Position numbers and translations under genes: made by a program. From positions 13,631-66,321 of the forward strand of contig MU271296.1 in the NCBI GenBank assembly GCA_021432655.1: a stretch of 52,691 bases of DNA. The letters are read 5' to 3'. Position 1 is the first letter of the stretch; every line of letters starts with the position of its first letter. The notes below the pieces were generated by a model, which saw only the letters and a list, made by a program, of their open reading frames with translations, had not been told where the DNA came from and ran no database searches. The stretch is from Atractiella rhizophila. Taxonomy: Eukaryota. Positions 12,833 to 23,609 of the stretch are shown here, one piece after another.

Positions 12833-15129
12833 GGTGGGGACGTTTTGGAACTTCAATATCCCCTAAATCAAGGTTGAGACGGCGTTGTGTGGTTGCCTGT
12901 TGGGAGCAGGTACCGTCAGCGTCAGGACGCGGTCAACAAGATTGCTGCAACAAAAAAAAAATGCGAAAACGGACGTAGACCAGAACGGATACGTCCTTTA
13001 GCTTTCTCTTCCCCATCTTCCAGATTCAAAAAGAGTATTAACGCGAACCACAGCTTCTATGTCAGGAGGAAGACAATGGTTGAAATGCCACTCTGATGGT
13101 GGTTACTGTCATAAAGAAGAATGAACACTGCTCCTCCATGTTTAGGCTGTTTAGAGAGCAGACCGGCGATAAGCCTCTTAACGAGGTCTCCGCTTACCTT
13201 GACCGGCAGTGATGAACAAGAAGTCTCGTCTCAGGCAAATTCGTGATCTTCGCACGTTCTCCGCTCTTGGCTTTGGAGTTACTGGCGCAGTGTTCCTCCA
13301 ATAACAACAGCTACAAACCACTGCCCGCTTCTCAGAAATATAAAACAGGCGACATTGGTCCTATTCCTTCTGATCACAGAAGTGTAAAGAGACCCAAGTG
13401 TAGATCATGGGCTTAGTTAGGAGGCAAGAACGGTGAGGAGCTGTATTGCCGTATGTGACTAAGACATAGACTCGTGAAGTTCAAGACGAAGGAATGCTTG
13501 TCGCCGCACATTCGCGAACCTCCATGGAAACGTGGAATCATCTTCCAGAAGCAAGTTCCTCGAATGACCCTTATAACATCATCGATTTCGTTAGGGGCTG
13601 CGCGACACGAGATCATATTCGCCGATCAGGAGCGATTCCTCTCCAGCCTTTCAGCAGCGACAAACCGAAGATGTAAAAGGGAAAATGAGTCAGTAAATCA
13701 GGATCGCGACAAATCAAGACAGGTGCGTGTGTCTGCTTGATCATCCGACCAGGACACAAATAGCTTGTTATCGGCCTAACATCAGAGAACGAATAGAACC
13801 TGAAGAAGATTTTGGGAGAGCAAGAGTCGTAGCACAGCTGGACAGCTTGGAGCCTTAACCAATTCTAATTTTATCTTTGAATAGACTCCTCTTCCCCTCT
13901 CCCAAAAGCAGAGGAAGAGGAAGAGTGCGATTAGTACATCGGTACAAACGATCGAGGGAAATAGAGGGCACATCATGCAGGTCTCAGCTGTTGATGAGAA
14001 CAAAACGACTGCATCAAGAACCCACTCAGCAACGGCTTGAAAGTGCGTTCAGCGAAAGGATTTAAATGGCGAATAAGAGGGATACAAGTAACATATCGAC
14101 ACACACTCAAACGCTGCGAGAGAGAAAAAAAAACAAAAAAACAAAAACAACACAAAAGAGTGAGAGCAGAACAGCCGTGCACACAAAAGCCAAAACAGGA
14201 ACCACCACTAACGAAAAAAACACACAACACTCTATAGCCCCCCCAAAACCACCTAAAAATACAAAACTGAGATACACATAGCGACAAAACAAAAGGGTGG
14301 AAGCAAAAGGTCCAAAAAGCCGCCGTAGTGGTCCGCCAAAAGCCGGCCTTGGTCAAAGTCCCGGCCCGGCCGCCCCAACCGAAACGAAACCTTAGGGTGG
14401 GGTAACCTAACGGCAAAGAAGGCGCGAGAAGAACAGGAAAGGGAGAGGAGAGGGCCACACGCAGATATTAAAAGCGAGACCCACATTTCAAAAAAGAGAG
14501 ACACATCTCAAAACCCGTCAAAAGAGACACACACCCCCGCGCAAAACCCCCTCAAAACTCCAAAAGCAAAAGCGAAAGAGCGAGAGAGGACACAGTGGAA
14601 AACAAAACCCCGCCGTGCCTCCAGCCTGCAAGAACAGAAAAAAAGAATGCAGGAGCCGCCATAAGACGCCTCAGCAGCCAGCAGACGACTCACAAACACC
14701 TCAGCAGGATCAAAAAAACGACCAGCAGGAGGAAGAACGACGACTAAAAAACCAAACAAGCATCACCACCAAAAAAAAAAAAAACAGATATAAAACCAAT
14801 TTAACGCCTGCCAACAACATCGAACGATTAGTTCCAAGCCACGAATGAGCCAATGGAAAAGTAAGAACCAACCCAACTCCCCAAGGTTCCAATCCTTGCC
14901 CCCTCGTAACAGCACATGGGACACCACGGCCCACACCCTATACCCCACAAAAACACAGAGCCGCACACGCACAAAAACAAAAACCACCACAAAAACACAA
15001 CATGAGAAAACCGCTGAGAAAAAAAGTGGAGAAGAAGAACAACGAAGGCGCCCCAAGCACAACACCGAGCGCAAATGGGAACGAAAAAAAAATGGTCAAG
15101 GAAAAAAAAAAAAAAAAAAAAAAACAAAA

Positions 15130-15209
15130 TGAAGCAGGTGGGGTTCGAACCCACGCACTTTCGTAGAGGGACTTAAATCCTCCGCCTTAGACCACTCGGC
15201 CACTGCTTC
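15130..15209 (-). tRNA. trnL-UAA: tRNA-Leu (anticodon UAA), intronless, long variable arm
   Basis: Reverse complement GAAGCAG TG GCCGAGTGGTCTAAGGC G GAGGA TTTAAGT CCCTC TACGAAAGTG C GTGGG TTCGAAC CCCAC CTGCTTC A folds as a cloverleaf with A/B boxes and is followed by a T-run (Pol III terminator). Confidence 0.96.
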
Positions 15210-15371
15210 TCCTAAGTAGAAACTTGCTCCCATGATATTCTCAACCGTGTGGCTTTCATATGGTTGCGCAGCGTCACTTTCTTTCCCTGAATGTTGAACA
15301 TTTCCCTGGAGAACGAGTCAATTCCTATCAGTTAGCAGTCGTCAATCAGAAGGCACTCGCAGTAGCAGCCG

Positions 15372-16492
15372 ATGTCTACTCTCTCCGACGTCCTCCGCGC
15401 TCTTCAAGGCCAATACGGGACACAGGGAGTCTATTCCGCCTTCTCCAAGATTTTCCAGGCATTTCCCGCCTTGGGACCTGTTACATTCTATATTTGTAAG
15501 TGTCCCATCATGTTATGGGTTGCTTGAATGGTGGTGGTGGTGCTCTATCTACGCCTTCACATATTCAGCCTGTTGCTGCATGTCTCTTTTCGAGGTTTAT
15601 AACCTTCCCGTGAATTCCGAATTGGAAGTGTGCGGATCCTCAAAATGCTTTTTGCTTTTTTCGTCTTTTCATTTAGTTTTGTGAATGATGGATCGTCGAA
15701 AGAGCTGCCGCAGGATCACGTCAATCCGTTGAGACATTGACAGGACTCGCAATGTGCGGGAACTCGCTCAATGGTTCAGCTGTTCAGCTCTTTAAATGTG
15801 ATTCGCAGCTTGTCATTACACTTGTTAGGCGTGCGGATTTGAGGCTTTCAAGTTCCAATGAGCCTGAGTGGGAAGGTATATAAGCTGAAGTGTCCCATAA
15901 GATGCAGCAGTTTTAATCTTGGCTGAAAGTCTATATGACCCGTTGACGATAAGATGATTGTAAGCATTTAGAGGCGTGTAGTAATATATCTACAATTTTG
16001 CACGCAGAACCGAAGAGTGATTCTGAGCAAAGCCTTTGTTGTTCACCTCCAACATGGTGAGATGTTATTTGATACATGCGCAGACGTTCAATCAAAAGAA
16101 CTGCTTCTGCTTGCATGGCACCTTTTCTTCCCATTGATTGGGTATTTCTTGCGTTCCACAATGCGACTGGGATGCAACCGCAGTGGAGCAAAGAGGAGCC
16201 GGAGAGAATCATGAATGCGTTACAATCTCAGATGCTGGGAACAACGCTCTGCTTTTCTTCAGTTGTCATCGCACAATAGCTTAGTTGATAGATTGTAGAA
16301 TGAGCAGAAATTAAGCCTCAAAAGCTGAGGTAGCGTGGTAAATCTCAAATTTCTACATTTCATAAGTCTCAAGCTTGATCATCACAGCCACGTTGAGCAA
16401 CCGCTGATTGACTCTTTCCAGCTGCGCCATTCGGAAGGTATGGCAGCTCCTTCTTCAAGGGATCAGGTCCTGGATTCAGCTTGCCAGGTTCG
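15372..16492 (+). pseudogene. Truncated copy (exon 1, long intron 1, exon 2) of the steroid 5-alpha-reductase-family gene, or an alternative haplotype fragment
   Basis: Exon 15372-15495 encodes the same MSTLSDVLRALQGQYGTQGVYSAFSKIFQAFPALGPVTFYI as 17089-17212 (3 synonymous differences); exon 16422-16487 matches 18142-18207; homology ends 5 nt into intron 2. Confidence 0.8.
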
Positions 16493-16836
16493 AATCGATT
16501 TTACTGCTTGCCATCACATCGAACGATTGGTTCCAAGCCACGAATGAGCTGATTGGATAGTTAGTATCTACTCGACTTCCCGATGTTTCTATTCTTTGCG
16601 CCTTTCATCAGGATATGCTGGATGCCGCTGCCAACGCTTTATACCCCATCATGTCCAGTATTTCAAAGCGCGTCACAAAGACAACATGTAAGAACTGCTG
16701 CGAGTAAAAAAGGTGGGGTAGGAGGACGACGCAAGCCAGTTTAGGTGATTACTTCGCGCTACTGGGGGAGGAAATAGGTGTATCTGCGGATGACGCACTG
16801 AAAAAAAGACATACAAAATAGAAGAAAGAACCAAAA

Positions 16837-16916
16837 TGAAGCAGGTGGGGTTCGAACCCACGCACTTTCGTAGAGGGACTTAAATCCTCCGCCTTAGACC
16901 ACTCGGCCACTGCTTC
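16837..16916 (-). tRNA. trnL-UAA: tRNA-Leu (anticodon UAA), second identical copy
   Basis: Same 80-nt cloverleaf as 15130-15209, followed by TTTT on the minus strand. Confidence 0.96.
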
Positions 16917-17088
16917 TCCTAAGTAGAAACCTGCCGTTATTGGTAATGTAAACTGTTTTCTATTAAAGTTATTTGCCAACGTCACTTTGTTTGCAGCAAT
17001 GAACACTTCCTTGACGAGTTCCATTGTCAATTAGTCTATCAATTTATTACAGCAGTCATCAATCCAAACGGACTCATAGCGGTAGCCG

Positions 17089-19168
17089 ATGTCTACTCTT
17101 TCCGACGTCCTCCGCGCTCTTCAAGGCCAATACGGCACACAGGGAGTCTATTCCGCCTTCTCCAAGATTTTCCAGGCATTTCCCGCCTTGGGACCTGTTA
17201 CGTTCTATATTTGTAAGTGTCCCATCATGTTATGGGTTGCTTGAGCGGCAGCGCTCCATCTACGCCTTCGCGTATTCAGCCTGTTGGTGCATGTCTCTTT
17301 TCGAGGTTTATAACCTTCCCACACCCATTCGCCATTCGTGAATTCCGAATTGGAAGTGTGCGGATCCTCAATGCTTTTTTCGTCTTTTCATTGAGTTCTG
17401 TGAATGATGGATCTTCGAAAGAGCTGCCGCAGAATCACGTCAATCCGTTGAGAAATTGACAGGACTCGCAATGCACGGGAACTCGCTCAATGGATTCAGC
17501 TGTTCAGCTCTTTAAATATGATTCGCAGCTTGTCATTACGCTTGTTAGGCATGCGGATTTGAGGCTTTCCACTTCCAATGAGCATGAGTGGGAAGGTATA
17601 TAAGCTGAAGTGTCCCCTAAGATGCACCAGTTTTAATCTTGGCTGCGAGTCTATATAACCCATTGACGATAAGACGATTGTAAGCATTTAGAGGCGTGTA
17701 GTAATATATCTACAATTTTGCACGCAGAACCGAAGAGTGATTCTGAGCAAAGCCTTTGTTGTTCACCTCCAACATGGTGAGATGTTATTTGATACATGCG
17801 CAGACGTTCAATCAAAAGAACTGCTTCTGCTTGCATGGCACCTTTTCTTCCCATTGATTGGGTATTTCTTGCGTTCCACAATGCGACTGGGATGCAACCG
17901 CAGTGGAGCAAAGAGGAGCCGGAGAGAATCATGAATGCGTTACAATCTCAGATGCTGGGAACAACGCTCTGCTTTTCTTCAGTTGTCATCGCACAATAGC
18001 TTAGTTGATAGATTGTAGAATGAGCAGAAATTAAGCCTCAAAAGCTGAGGTAGCGTGGTAAATCTCAAATTTCTACATTTCATAAGTCTCAAGCTTGATC
18101 ATCACAGCCACGTTGAGCAACCGCTGATTGACTCTTTCCAGCTGCGCCATTCGGAAGGTATGGCAGCTCCTTCTTCAAGGGATCAGGTCCTGGATTCAGC
18201 TTGCCAGGTTCGTTCATTCCGTCCCCTTCCCTATCACTAGTTTCTAAGAGTCCGACGTAGGAACCCCAGCATGGTTCTGCATGGAAATCGTCTCTCCCAT
18301 CCTCCTCATCCTCTCAACTCTTTCCCCTCCCCTATCTACAACACACGCCTCTGACCTCCTCGACCCTTCTCTTACCCGTCTAAAAGCTCTGCCATATCCT
18401 CGAGTCCTCCTCGCATGCCTCTTCCTCATTCACTACGCAAACCGAGCAGTCATTTCAAGTTTCCGAAACCCTTCTCGCGCTCCCATGCACGTCGTGGTGG
18501 TGGTCGTTGCTCTCTTCTTCAACACATTCAACGCTTTCCTAATGGGAAGTTTTCTTGGCGGTCGGTTGCCTGTTCAGCTTCAAGGAAGGGGATGGGGAGG
18601 GCCACTCGGGTTCTGGGGAGGAATTTTACTCTGGGCCATTGGCCTAGCCGGGAACATTGTACATGACGAGATCCTTTATTCGATAAGGAGGAATCGCCCG
18701 AAACCAAAAGAGGGTGAAAAAAGGCACTACGAAGTCCCTCACGGTTTCTTATTCGACAAGGGTTTTGGAGGGATCAGCAACCCGGCATACTTCTGCGAAT
18801 GGGTCGAATGGATCGGATTCGCCATCGCATGTACCAGTTTGACACCTTACCATCCCCCTACAGGCTCCACCGCAGGAACCATCTTCAGCTTTCTTGCTAC
18901 CCCTTTCAAACGCACTCTCCTCCCTTCTAGCTTAGCTATCGATACCTCATCCCTCCTCTCTTTCTTGATCAACAGCCCTCCTTGGCTGTTCGTATGGGCT
19001 GAAATCGGAACAATGGTACCTCGTGCCGTCAAAACTCGTATGCATCCTCTCCCCCTTTGCCGTGATTGGGTACTGATCTGATGGGACGGAATAGACGCTT
19101 GGTATAAGGAGAAGTTTGGCTCTCAAATGCCAGCTGAGAGGAAGGCGATAGTTCCTGGTCTTCTGTGA
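17089..19168 (+). CDS. 3-oxo-5-alpha-steroid 4-dehydrogenase (SRD5A-family) membrane reductase; exons 17089-17212, 18142-18207, 18261-~19037, ~19095-19168
   Basis: Spliced product ...GPVTFYI-S-APFGRY...LPGTPAWFCMEIVSP...HYANRA...GNIVHDEILYSIRR...YEVPHGFLF...SNPAYFCEWVEWIGFA...PRAVKTHAWYKEKF...RKAIVPGLL*, which are the hallmark motifs of the family; intron phases match. Confidence 0.9.
17213..18141 (+). ncRNA. Candidate structured RNA filling the 929-nt intron 1 (two long helical domains)
   Basis: Nested complementary segments plus compensatory changes relative to the duplicate intron 15496-16421 (see findings). No known RNA family recognised. Confidence 0.5.
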
Positions 19169-19854
19169 ATAATCAATTTCCACGACCGGTTTCTTCCCTG
19201 GCTAGTCATTGTCGACGTTGAGGGGTGAAAATCCTTGAATACGGGTGGTGACATCGCGTAAATTGCAAAGTTACCAACCGTTGTATATAGCTAAGTACTA
19301 AATAAGGAGTATATAAACTACAACTATCATACTGAGGAATAATAGAGAGCCATAAATCCAAGGGGGGAAGAATCGGGTTCACGCCTACTGAATCCATCAA
19401 TCATCACGCCAAGAAGCCCTTCTTTTTCCATAAGGTAGTGATTGGCGTACGGAGGGAGATGAATCCAGCGAAGGTCACCACAATATCGAAGGAGGTGAGA
19501 AGGGAAGCCTAAGTAGATGGGGTCAGATGGGGAAGCACGAGTCTTCTTTTTGAGTTGAGAAATACAAGTTCGTTCGGTTCTTTGTTGTCCATGGATAGTA
19601 GAAATAGCGAGTAAGAAGAATATGAGATGGAGATTCGTGAGTATTCGATTGAGGGTATGATGATCTAGTAGACGAATGAGGCAGCAGGAAGGAAAAGTCG
19701 ACAGAGATCTTGCGGTTAGACATTCCTTCGTTCGATTCCGTTCCTCCTTAATGGAATGCATCATCGACCTGAAACGCAGAGAAATCGACGTCTAATCCTC
19801 CTTTAGGCCAAATCCACCAAACAGCGTTCTCTCCGACCTTGTTCCTTTTCAACC

Positions 19855-21900
19855 CTACTTCCTATTACTCGCGTCGAAGATCGCATCGCTGATGAAGCCC
19901 GTCTGGATCTGTTTCCCCCCGAAATATCTCCCATTCAAGCCCTGCACGGCTTTCTGGGCTGCATCCGTCTCTTCGAACTTGATGTAAACTTCGCCCTGGA
20001 CGGCATAATATATTAGGATTTTCTACGAAAATAGGCAAGGAAAGAAAAGTGTTGGCGCACCTGTGTGCTTTCCTTTTGCACCACGATGCCAACAATCCGG
20101 CCAAACTGGCTCTCGCACTCTCCTCTGATGTCATCTCTCAGGTCCACATCCCAGTTCGGATCCGTCTCTTCGGCAGGGTTAAACACGTTGCGCATGACGA
20201 TACAGCGTGAGACAGCCGTGGGGATGTTGGGACGGACGCTATAAATCACAACAAAGAATAGTCAACAAGATTTTAGAGCAGAGTGTGTGACGCACAGAGG
20301 AGCTTTTGGCACTTCCACCTTCCCTTCGTTCCTTGCTAATTTCTGCATCAGCTCAATTCTCGATATACTATTGAGACTTCCGCCTATTGTTTCACAGAGA
20401 CTACAGTTAGCATATCTGTCCTTCATTGCGACTGTATAAGGCAGAAGACTGACCAATGCCGTCATCCAAATCCCTATCAGTTCTGAATCCACCCCCTCCA
20501 CCACCACCATAACTCGGCGGCGGCTTGTTCTCTTGCACCTGCGTCACCTTGATCGCTCTGCCCGCGAGCTGGAAGCCAGACATTTTTTCCATCGCAGTTT
20601 TTGCATCGTCCAGTTTGCGAAACCTAAAACGAGGCTTGGTCAGGACATCTATTTAAAGAGATGAGGTGAGACGCACTGTACGAAGGCGTATCCCTTCGAC
20701 TTGCCAGTTATGGGATCCTTGTGCAAATCCACATAATCGATAGCACCAAAAGGTTGAAACACTGCTCTGATGTCTGCATCTGTGAGTTGGAAATTGAGTG
20801 ATCCTACGTATAGCCTGCCAGTCCATCACATCATCAATCAGCGTCTGATATTTCTGAGGGAGCAAAGGATATATGACGAACGGTGGATTCCATGCTCCTC
20901 CACCTAACATAGCTTGTCGGTTTTTCTCCGCCTCAGTATACTGTACAATGATTGGCACGCCCAACAACTTGGTACCGGAGAGACCGATAGCTTTCGAGAC
21001 GGTGTCCACATCTCTGAACTCGACGTAGGCGACGCTACACACAGCAGACAATTAGCCACAGACAGAAGGGATAGATGACAAAGGTGTACCCCTTTGAACG
21101 TCGAGAAATGCGGTCCACAATCACCCTTCCCTCTCGCACCTCACCAGCTTGAGAGTTGAAGAACGCGACCAGTTCCCTGTCACCCACGCGAGCGGAGAGC
21201 TGAGAGACGAAGACGGAGCGCATCTCTCTTTCTTCCTCGCTCAATCTAACACCGCACAACGTCAGCATATGGTTGGTCCGAAAGAAGATGGAAGGGAGCG
21301 CACTTGGGTGAAGGAGCGCGTTCGGAACGTGCAGGAGAAGGCGAACGGGAGCGCTGAGGAGGAGGGGGGGAGCGACGACGACGGGGAGGGGATCGAGAGT
21401 CTCGTCTTCTATCCATAGAACATGTCACCATCAACATCCACAGTCCCAACCAAAATACAAGGGGAAGGGAATGCGTACCGTCTATCCTTCTCTGACGAAT
21501 TCTCATATCTCTCCCTCCTTTCCCTACTCCTATCTCGCCTCTTCCTATCCCTATCCCTATCCCTATCCCTCTCTCTCGACCTATCGCGAGACCTCGAACG
21601 GTGTCTCCTCCTCCTCTCCCTATCACGGTCGCGGGAACGAGACCTGTCCCTCCTCCGTTCGCGATCGCCATCCCTGTCCCTGCTCCGACTTCGCTCTCTC
21701 CTACTTCGTCGGGTACTGCTAGTGCGCGACTCGCGGTCGGGAGTTCGCATAACCACATCCTCAGATGCAGATTTTTCAGCCTGCATTGCGTGAGTGGCGA
21801 ACTGCATCAGTGACTTCCCAGTTGGTGTATAAAGGAGAGGACGCACGCCGTTGGTGGGCTTCTTGAGCGAGGCGTCAAGCAAGGCTTCGACTGCTTCCAT
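19855..21900 (-). CDS. RBM39: RBM39/CAPER (CC1-like) splicing factor: RS/RD-rich N-terminus, two RRMs and a C-terminal UHM-type RRM; multi-exon
   Basis: RSRSRDRDR tracts; [12 protein letters not shown]...RRSKG-VAYVEF...[22 protein letters not shown]...[23 protein letters not shown]...GEVYIKF...[11 protein letters not shown]; stop TAG at 19855. Confidence 0.93.
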
Positions 21901-22101
21901 GGTGCTGTGTTCGAATGGTCAGTCGAGAAGTTTCTTGGTGTCTGGTTGTTTCCTTCTTCAGACACATTGCGCCGACATGCGCTATCGCACGACCGTGTTC
22001 GAACGTTTCCATTCTGAGTAGAATATCCAACATCCACAACATCCAAGTGATAATACCAATCGTGCAATTAATCGCACAATATATTTCAAGTTCTGAAGCC
22101 C

Positions 22102-23388
22102 TTAATCTCTCTTAACCTTTACCGTGTTTCCAAACAGCACTTGGTTATTCCGCTTCCTTTCCGCATTATCCAAGAGCATCCACAACCCCTCCTTCCAAAT
22201 CGTCGTAAAATAATCAAACATCGCAATCCGCTCTCTGTACAACCTATAATTCTACATATCCCATGATATGAGAATCAATAAGGGTAGAGGAGAATGTGGA
22301 CAGACCGGATATTTCTTCGCGCTTATCCACTCCGTGAACATGGTGGATCCGAAGAAGAGTACGGTCATAGACAGCGGGCCGTAGACAGCCCAGTTGAGGT
22401 TAGAGAGACGGAGAAAGGTAGGGATGTCGGGATATGAAGATGGAGAGAAAACGGAGGGTGGAAGTGTGTACAGAAAGAGGATGTACCATCCGAGCTGTTC
22501 GTGGAAGAAGTTGGGATGACGAGAGAAACGCCACTGTCGCCATTTCCTCGCATCAACACATTGTGGTCTCACGAAGAAAGAGAGGGCAGATGTAAACGTA
22601 CGAGACCGCGCGTGCAGAATCCCCTTTGATTGTTCTCCTCTATTTTTTTGACCGGAGGAAGAGAATGCTTCCATTGCTGGTACTTTTGTTGTTGATTGTC
22701 TGCCAAGGTCTCGAGGGATAGATTGACGAGGTAGAGCGCAGGGACGATGTAGTCTACATTCGTTAAAGGACGCGAGGAATGAACAAGAAGGTAGTAGGAT
22801 GGAAGCTGGCCGTCCAACACTTCATCAGCTCAATGCGGTATATGATTAAGGAGGAAAAGAGTGACTAACGCATGTAGCTAGAAGCAGGAGATTCTGTGCC
22901 ACCGCTACGAAGACGAGGTCGAAGACGCCAATGAGGAATCGATTCGTGATGAGCTCCTTCTTGAGTACGATCCAACGATAATCCTCCGTCTCGCCACTCC
23001 TGTGCTCCAGAAGAATCAATAGCCGCTCTTCAAGACAAATAGAAGCGGAAGAAGTAACATACGCAGAGAAGAATCCCCTGACATAAGCTTTCCACGTCAA
23101 CCTTGCACTCCAAGCGCCTTGGAGAGCGAGTATGACGCCGATTCTCCACCGAGTCTCCTCAGGGATGTTATTTTCTGCCGAAGTCGCCCAGTAATACAAC
23201 AGCCCAGTGTAAGCTGGAGGCATGAAAGTCCATATCCTATCAACTTGGGAGAGGTTGTTGTACGCTTCACCCAAGATGAACGTCGCGCCCGTAGTGACAA
23301 TGCAGAGCAGTGAAGGGAGATAGAGTGCTGACGAGGGTGCAGGAAACTCGAAGTTCGTTATAAGCTCCGATAACTTTTCTGTAGCCAT
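22102..23388 (-). CDS. DUF1295-family (steroid 5-alpha-reductase C-terminal-like) membrane protein; multi-exon
   Basis: Motifs NLSQVDRIWTFMP, WSARLT, EDYRW, ETLADNQQ, RGFCTRGL-WRFSRHPNFFHEQLGW, STMFTEWISAKKYP-NYRLY; start MATEKL at 23388, stop at 22102. Confidence 0.9.
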
Positions 23389-23609
23389 TTTGCGTGCACC
23401 CAGGTTATACTGGGACAGAGTGCAATGCAAAAAGAGGCTTTTAAGCGTTCGGCCTCCTTTGGTGTTGATCTGGGGCAATAAGCTTCCGGAGTGCTGACTG
23501 TTGTAGTGGAAGGCCAGATTCCTCCTTCCAAAAATTTTCCAGCGACACAAAGTTCACCTTCCCAGTTTCCTTCGATCCTAGCCAGCTAACAGTTCCAAAG
23601 CATCGAAAC

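Larger units (their letters stand above)
14793..18212 (+). repeat. Tandem duplication of ~1.7 kb (copy 1 ~14793-16492, copy 2 16493-18212) containing tRNA-Leu and the 5' part of the 5-alpha-reductase gene
   Basis: Offsets of 1699-1720 between matching motifs (CGAACGATT 14821/16520; tRNA 15130/16837; 15961-16492 reads identical to 17681-18212); breakpoint right after GCCAGGTTCG. Confidence 0.93.

Noticed and set aside
13077..14065. Possible spliced hypothetical gene on the + strand
   Set aside because: Some splice-like signals, but no consistent reading frame or recognisable motif.
13973..15154. Lys/Thr-rich and Phe/Val-rich ORFs
   Set aside because: By-products of the T-depleted noisy segment, where stop codons are depleted.
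17737..18082. ORFs inside the long intron (MLFDTCADVQ..., VVNLKFLHFI) as the N-terminus of the 5-alpha-reductase
   Set aside because: Exon 17089-17212 has a consensus GTAAGT donor, the correct phase, a family-like PVTFYI-SAPFGR junction and synonymous-only divergence; the internal ORFs need weak splice sites.
21543..21570. (CCTATC)n microsatellite
   Set aside because: Simply encodes the RD dipeptide repeat of RBM39.
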